DNA of 64,000 nt from Ignavibacteriota bacterium. Lineage in GTDB: Bacteria; Bacteroidota; Ignavibacteria; UBA10030. The position numbers and the translations under genes were made by a program. The notes below the pieces were generated by a model. It had not been told where the DNA came from and did no database searches. It saw nothing but the letters and a program-made list of their open reading frames with translations. Positions within the stretch are counted from its first letter, which is position 1. Each line of letters starts with the position of its first letter. Below, piece after piece: positions 60,190 through 64,000 of this stretch. The DNA lies in the NCBI GenBank assembly GCA_963701295.1, contig OY969585.1:1728001-1792000 (forward strand), written 5' to 3'.

Positions 60190-62004
60190 ATGCGTAAGGC
60201 ATTTGTTAAGCTTACTATAGTACTATTGATCCTTGTACAAGGAGAGTATGCTATGCAAAAAAAGCTGCTAGCTCTGGAAGGGAAATGGATATTCCAAGTG
60301 GATTCATTGAATAAAGGATTATCAGAGCAATGGTATAGTACTACGTACAACCGCAGCAAATGGATTGAAATAGAAGTTCCTGGTTCCTGGGATCGCTATC
60401 ATGGTATGGCAACGTATGATGGGGTTGGATGGTATGCACGAACAGTAGAGGTAAAAGAAATTATTCAGCCGCTTTCAATATTCTTTGGCGGAGTAGATGA
60501 TGACGCCGATGTATGGGTGAATGGGACGAGGGTTGGAACGCATAATGGATACAGCGAGCCGTTTAGTATGCCGATTGATCAAGCGGTGAGAGTGGGAACA
60601 AATGAAATTGTCGTACGCGTGATTGATAATAGCGGCCCAGGTGGAATTTATAAACCGGTAGCAATCGTTCCGACGGGTGAACTCGACCAATTGCTTCGAA
60701 CAAAATATGCTAAGATGGAAGCAAAAAAAAGTGCCGAGTGGGTGAAAGACGCGATCATCTATGAAGTTTATCTCCGCTCATTTTCAAAAGAAGGAACCCT
60801 CAAAGCACTCGAATCAAGGATCCTAGAGATCAAAAAGCTGGGAACGACAGTTGTCTGGCTGATGCCGATTCACCCGGTTGGAAAGATTCATCGGAAAGGG
60901 TTGCTTGGGAGTCCATATTCGGTTCAGGATTACTACGCGATTAATCCGGAATTCGGAACGCTAGACGATTTCAAATCATTAGTAAATACTTTTCATCAAC
61001 AAGGATTGAAAATAATTATCGATCTTGTAGCAAATCATACTGCCTGGGATAATCCGATGCTGAGAGAACATCCGGAATGGTACACGCACAATGCATCCGG
61101 AAAAATTATTTCGCCTAACCCGGATTGGACAGATGTTGCTGACCTTAATTACGATAATCAAGAGTTGCGAAAGTACATGATCACGATGATGAAATACTGG
61201 GTGCATGATATTGGAATAGATGGTTATCGCTGTGATGTGGCTGAACTTGTTCCGACAGACTTCTGGGAGACTGCCGTAAAGGAATTAGAAACGATCAAAC
61301 CGGTACTGATGCTGTCGGAGGGGACGCTTCCGGAACATCATGTCAAAGCATTCGATTTGACATACTCGTGGAATATGTATGATGTTCTTGAAAAGGTCAT
61401 AAGAGGTTCGACGCCAGCAACAATTTTTCATGATCTTTTGAAAATGGAGTCGTATCAATTCCCGCGTGGCTCGCTGCGGATGCGTTTCAACACCAATCAT
61501 GACAAAAATGCATGGGATGGACCTGCGGTAGAAAAATTCACTCCACAAGGAGCGAAAGCTACAGCTGCGCTCGTGTTTACCTATCCTGGAGTTCCTTTGA
61601 TTTACAACGGCGAAGAAGTTGGGAATAATAAGAAATTGGGGCTATTCGAAAAAACAGATATTGATTGGTCAAAGAATGATGATTTCAGAATGTTGTATGA
61701 AAAGTTGTCATTACTCCGCAAGAAGCATCCGGCATTGGTCGACGGTTCGTATTCGGCAGTGCAGAATTCTGACAGAAAACAAGTGTTGTCCTTCATTCGG
61801 ATCAAAGGAGAAGATTCGGTCCTTGTTGTCCTTAATTTTAGTTCAACCGCTATAAAAGTGGACCTAGTACTTCCATCAAATTCAAACAACACGTGGACGG
61901 ATTTCTTTACAAATAAAATTTATGAACCGACGAGTCATCAATACAATATTGCATTACCCTCATTGGGATTCGTTGTCTTAAACCCGTCACAGAAAGTCAG
62001 ATAA
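60190..62004 (+). CDS. GH13 alpha-amylase-family enzyme with N-terminal GH2-type sugar-binding jelly-roll domain
   Basis: N-terminus LEGKWIF..IEVPGSW..YDGVGWY..FGGVDD.ADVWVNG..GGIYKPV. C-terminus IYEVYLRSF, GSPYSVQDY, DLVANH, GYRCDVA, LSE and TNHD. Confidence 0.88.
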   Translation: MRKAFVKLTIVLLILVQGEYAMQKKLLALEGKWIFQVDSLNKGLSEQWYSTTYNRSKWIEIEVPGSWDRYHGMATYDGVGWYARTVEVKEIIQPLSIFFGGVDDDADVWVNGTRVGTHNGYSEPFSMPIDQAVRVGTNEIVVRVIDNSGPGGIYKPVAIVPTGELDQLLRTKYAKMEAKKSAEWVKDAIIYEVYLRSFSKEGTLKALESRILEIKKLGTTVVWLMPIHPVGKIHRKGLLGSPYSVQDYYAINPEFGTLDDFKSLVNTFHQQGLKIIIDLVANHTAWDNPMLREHPEWYTHNASGKIISPNPDWTDVADLNYDNQELRKYMITMMKYWVHDIGIDGYRCDVAELVPTDFWETAVKELETIKPVLMLSEGTLPEHHVKAFDLTYSWNMYDVLEKVIRGSTPATIFHDLLKMESYQFPRGSLRMRFNTNHDKNAWDGPAVEKFTPQGAKATAALVFTYPGVPLIYNGEEVGNNKKLGLFEKTDIDWSKNDDFRMLYEKLSLLRKKHPALVDGSYSAVQNSDRKQVLSFIRIKGEDSVLVVLNFSSTAIKVDLVLPSNSNNTWTDFFTNKIYEPTSHQYNIALPSLGFVVLNPSQKVR

Positions 62005-62093
62005 ACTCACAAGGCCATTCATCATCCGTACAGGAATAACGATCGGGGAAATATCATATTGTGAGACGGTGGATCTCTATGGGGAGCATATTT

Positions 62094-64000
62094 ATGAAAA
62101 AAGTTTTGACTGTATTATTCGTTGTGTTTTCATCCGTAGCATCCAGCCAGGCTCTCTTATTTAGATCGGAATCCTTTTCTATTTATTCAACAAAAGTAGT
62201 GCAAGAAAAATACGAAGCATCTGCAGAATCGCCGACCAGGATAGTCTCCAATTATAAGGGTTCAGACCAAAGCCAAATTCACATTGGAACTTTGCAAGAA
62301 TTAATTACAAAAGAATGGACGTTGACGAAAGATATCTCTCCGTTCCCACAATTTCATTCCGATTTTGTTCTTGTGGATGCATTATACACAAAAGCGTTGG
62401 AGGAAATGCTTCTCGATGTTCGCACAGACGGTGCATTTATGGCTGGCGCGAAATGGGATGGCGTTTGGACGCGCGACATCAGCTACAGTATTCTTCTATC
62501 ATTAGCCATTGTCAATCCAGATGTCGCCAAAGTAAGCCTTAAAGCGAAGGTAAAAAACAATCGTATCATTCAGGACACAGGAACGGGCGGTTCTTGGCCG
62601 GTGTCAACAGACCGTGTGGCATGGGCACTGGCCGCATGGGAGGTATATGTCGTAACGGGCGATGAAGAATGGTTGCACTATGCGTATTCAGTAATAAAAA
62701 ATTCTACTCAGGATGATATGCAGAATGCAGTTAACCCATCAACCGGATTAATGAATGGCGAATCGTCATTTCTTGATTGGCGGGAACAAACATATCCGCG
62801 GTGGATGGACCCGAAGGATATTTACCAGTCGCAGGCACTTGGAACAAATGCTGTTCACTTCCGAACATACAAGATTCTTGCGGAGATGGCAAGCTTGTGT
62901 GGAGATAATCCGGAAAAATATTCACAAAGAGCTGAGGACATCAAAATTGGAATCGATCGTTATCTCTGGCTGGAAGACAAAGGATATTATGGACAGTATC
63001 TCTATGGAAGAGTCTTTCACTCGGTCTCGCAAAAATCAGAAGCTCTTGGCGAAGCTTTGATGGTTCTTTTTGATATTGCCAAGAATGGAAGGGCGAAGAC
63101 GATCATCTCGAAAGCACCGGTCGTGGAGTTTGGTGTTCCTTGTATCTACCCGCAAATCCCAGACATTCTTCCATATCATAACAATGCCATTTGGCCGTTC
63201 GTCGAGGCATATTGGACTTGGGCATCGGCGAAAGCAGGCAATGTAAAATCTGTCGAACACGGTTTAGCATCGATCTATCGAGCGGCAGCACTTTTCAATA
63301 CCAATAAAGAGAATATGGTCGCGGGCAGCGGCGACTATGTGGGAACGCAGATCAATTCTGATCGTCAACTTTGGAGTGTGGCGGGTTGTCTGGCAATGGT
63401 ATACCGGATTTTCTTTGGTATGTCGTTTACCAAGGACGGGCTTGCCTTTACTCCGTTTGTCCCGTCTGCATACGGGGGAAACAAATCGCTTTCAAATTTC
63501 AAATACCGGGATGCAGATCTTACAATTAATCTGAAAGGGACGGGGAGTAAAATAAAATTGGCACTGCTGGATAGCGTAATACTACCGGTTGCAGTAATTT
63601 CATCTAAGTTAAAAGGAAAACATACGCTCGATATTCTTTTAGAGCATACTCCTAATGAGAACACCTCGATCAATCTTGTGCAGAATGAGTTTGCTCCTGA
63701 AACGCCAATGGTCAGGAAGGAGGGGGAGAAACTGGTCTGGCAAAACATCGCTGACGCATATATATATCACATCTACAAAAATGGTTGGAAGTTCGCCGAA
63801 AGCCAGAAAGAATACTTTACTCTTCCAAAGAACGCGGGTATTTCTGAATTCCAGGTACTGGCGGTGAATAACAAAGGGTTCGATTCTTTCCTCAGTGAAC
63901 CGGTAGAAGTTGTGAATAACAAGGATGTCACGGTTCTTGATGCATCAGAAGCAAAGCTTCCCTTGCAGAGCGAATACAAAGGCTTTACCAAGAAGGGATA
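62094..64000 (+). CDS. Secreted (alpha/alpha)6-barrel glycoside hydrolase (amylo-alpha-1,6-glucosidase / glycogen-debranching-like), truncated by window end
   Basis: Absent from the ORF track because there is no stop in the window. Manual translation from ATG 62094 (RBS GGGGAG): MKKVLTVLFVVFSSVASSQ..GAKWDGVWTRDISYS..IIQDTGTGGSWPVSTDR..GESSFLDWREQTYP..PYHNNAIWPFVE..NSDRQLWSVAG. Confidence 0.82.
   Translation, partial: MKKVLTVLFVVFSSVASSQALLFRSESFSIYSTKVVQEKYEASAESPTRIVSNYKGSDQSQIHIGTLQELITKEWTLTKDISPFPQFHSDFVLVDALYTKALEEMLLDVRTDGAFMAGAKWDGVWTRDISYSILLSLAIVNPDVAKVSLKAKVKNNRIIQDTGTGGSWPVSTDRVAWALAAWEVYVVTGDEEWLHYAYSVIKNSTQDDMQNAVNPSTGLMNGESSFLDWREQTYPRWMDPKDIYQSQALGTNAVHFRTYKILAEMASLCGDNPEKYSQRAEDIKIGIDRYLWLEDKGYYGQYLYGRVFHSVSQKSEALGEALMVLFDIAKNGRAKTIISKAPVVEFGVPCIYPQIPDILPYHNNAIWPFVEAYWTWASAKAGNVKSVEHGLASIYRAAALFNTNKENMVAGSGDYVGTQINSDRQLWSVAGCLAMVYRIFFGMSFTKDGLAFTPFVPSAYGGNKSLSNFKYRDADLTINLKGTGSKIKLALLDSVILPVAVISSKLKGKHTLDILLEHTPNENTSINLVQNEFAPETPMVRKEGEKLVWQNIADAYIYHIYKNGWKFAESQKEYFTLPKNAGISEFQVLAVNNKGFDSFLSEPVEVVNNKDVTVLDASEAKLPLQSEYKGFTKKG

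Noticed and set aside
62315-63991. Short track ORFs in the last 2 kb
   Set aside because: They are alternative-frame or antisense shadows of the long gene starting at 62094.
1-64000. CRISPR arrays, rRNA, tRNA, intact transposases or prophage genes
   Set aside because: None recognised by eye: no regularly spaced repeats, cloverleafs or transposase/integrase ORFs. No covariance search was run.

Overview
This window is a carbohydrate-utilisation region from an FCB-group bacterium. An Ignavibacteria-like host is inferred from NYPNPFNP-type T9SS C-terminal domains (CTDs), TTGACA-type promoters and Shine-Dalgarno sites. It holds three LacI-controlled loci. (1) A xylan/glucuronoxylan locus (~4.7-33.3 kb) with GH43, CE15, GH3, a GPH transporter and GH30. 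(2) Nested within it, an operon (9.9-16.1 kb) of LacI, a GDP-mannose-3,5-epimerase-like enzyme, a nucleotidyltransferase-GHMP kinase fusion, a FucP-like permease and a ruined GH106. (3) A starch/glycogen locus (34.6-64 kb) with MalQ, three GH13, GH57, two MFS transporters and an (alpha/alpha)6 hydrolase that runs off the window. The main observation is that the xylan and starch loci carry no recognisable SusC/SusD pair. Each instead has a paralogous five-gene cassette: a non-SusC TonB-dependent receptor, a ~1250-aa Asp-rich protein with a variant CTD, a PorV-like barrel, a non-catalytic substrate-matched CBM protein with a T9SS CTD, and a SurA/parvulin-like protein. This is a candidate alternative outer-membrane glycan capture and import machine. 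All family calls come from motif recognition by eye; no database searches were run.
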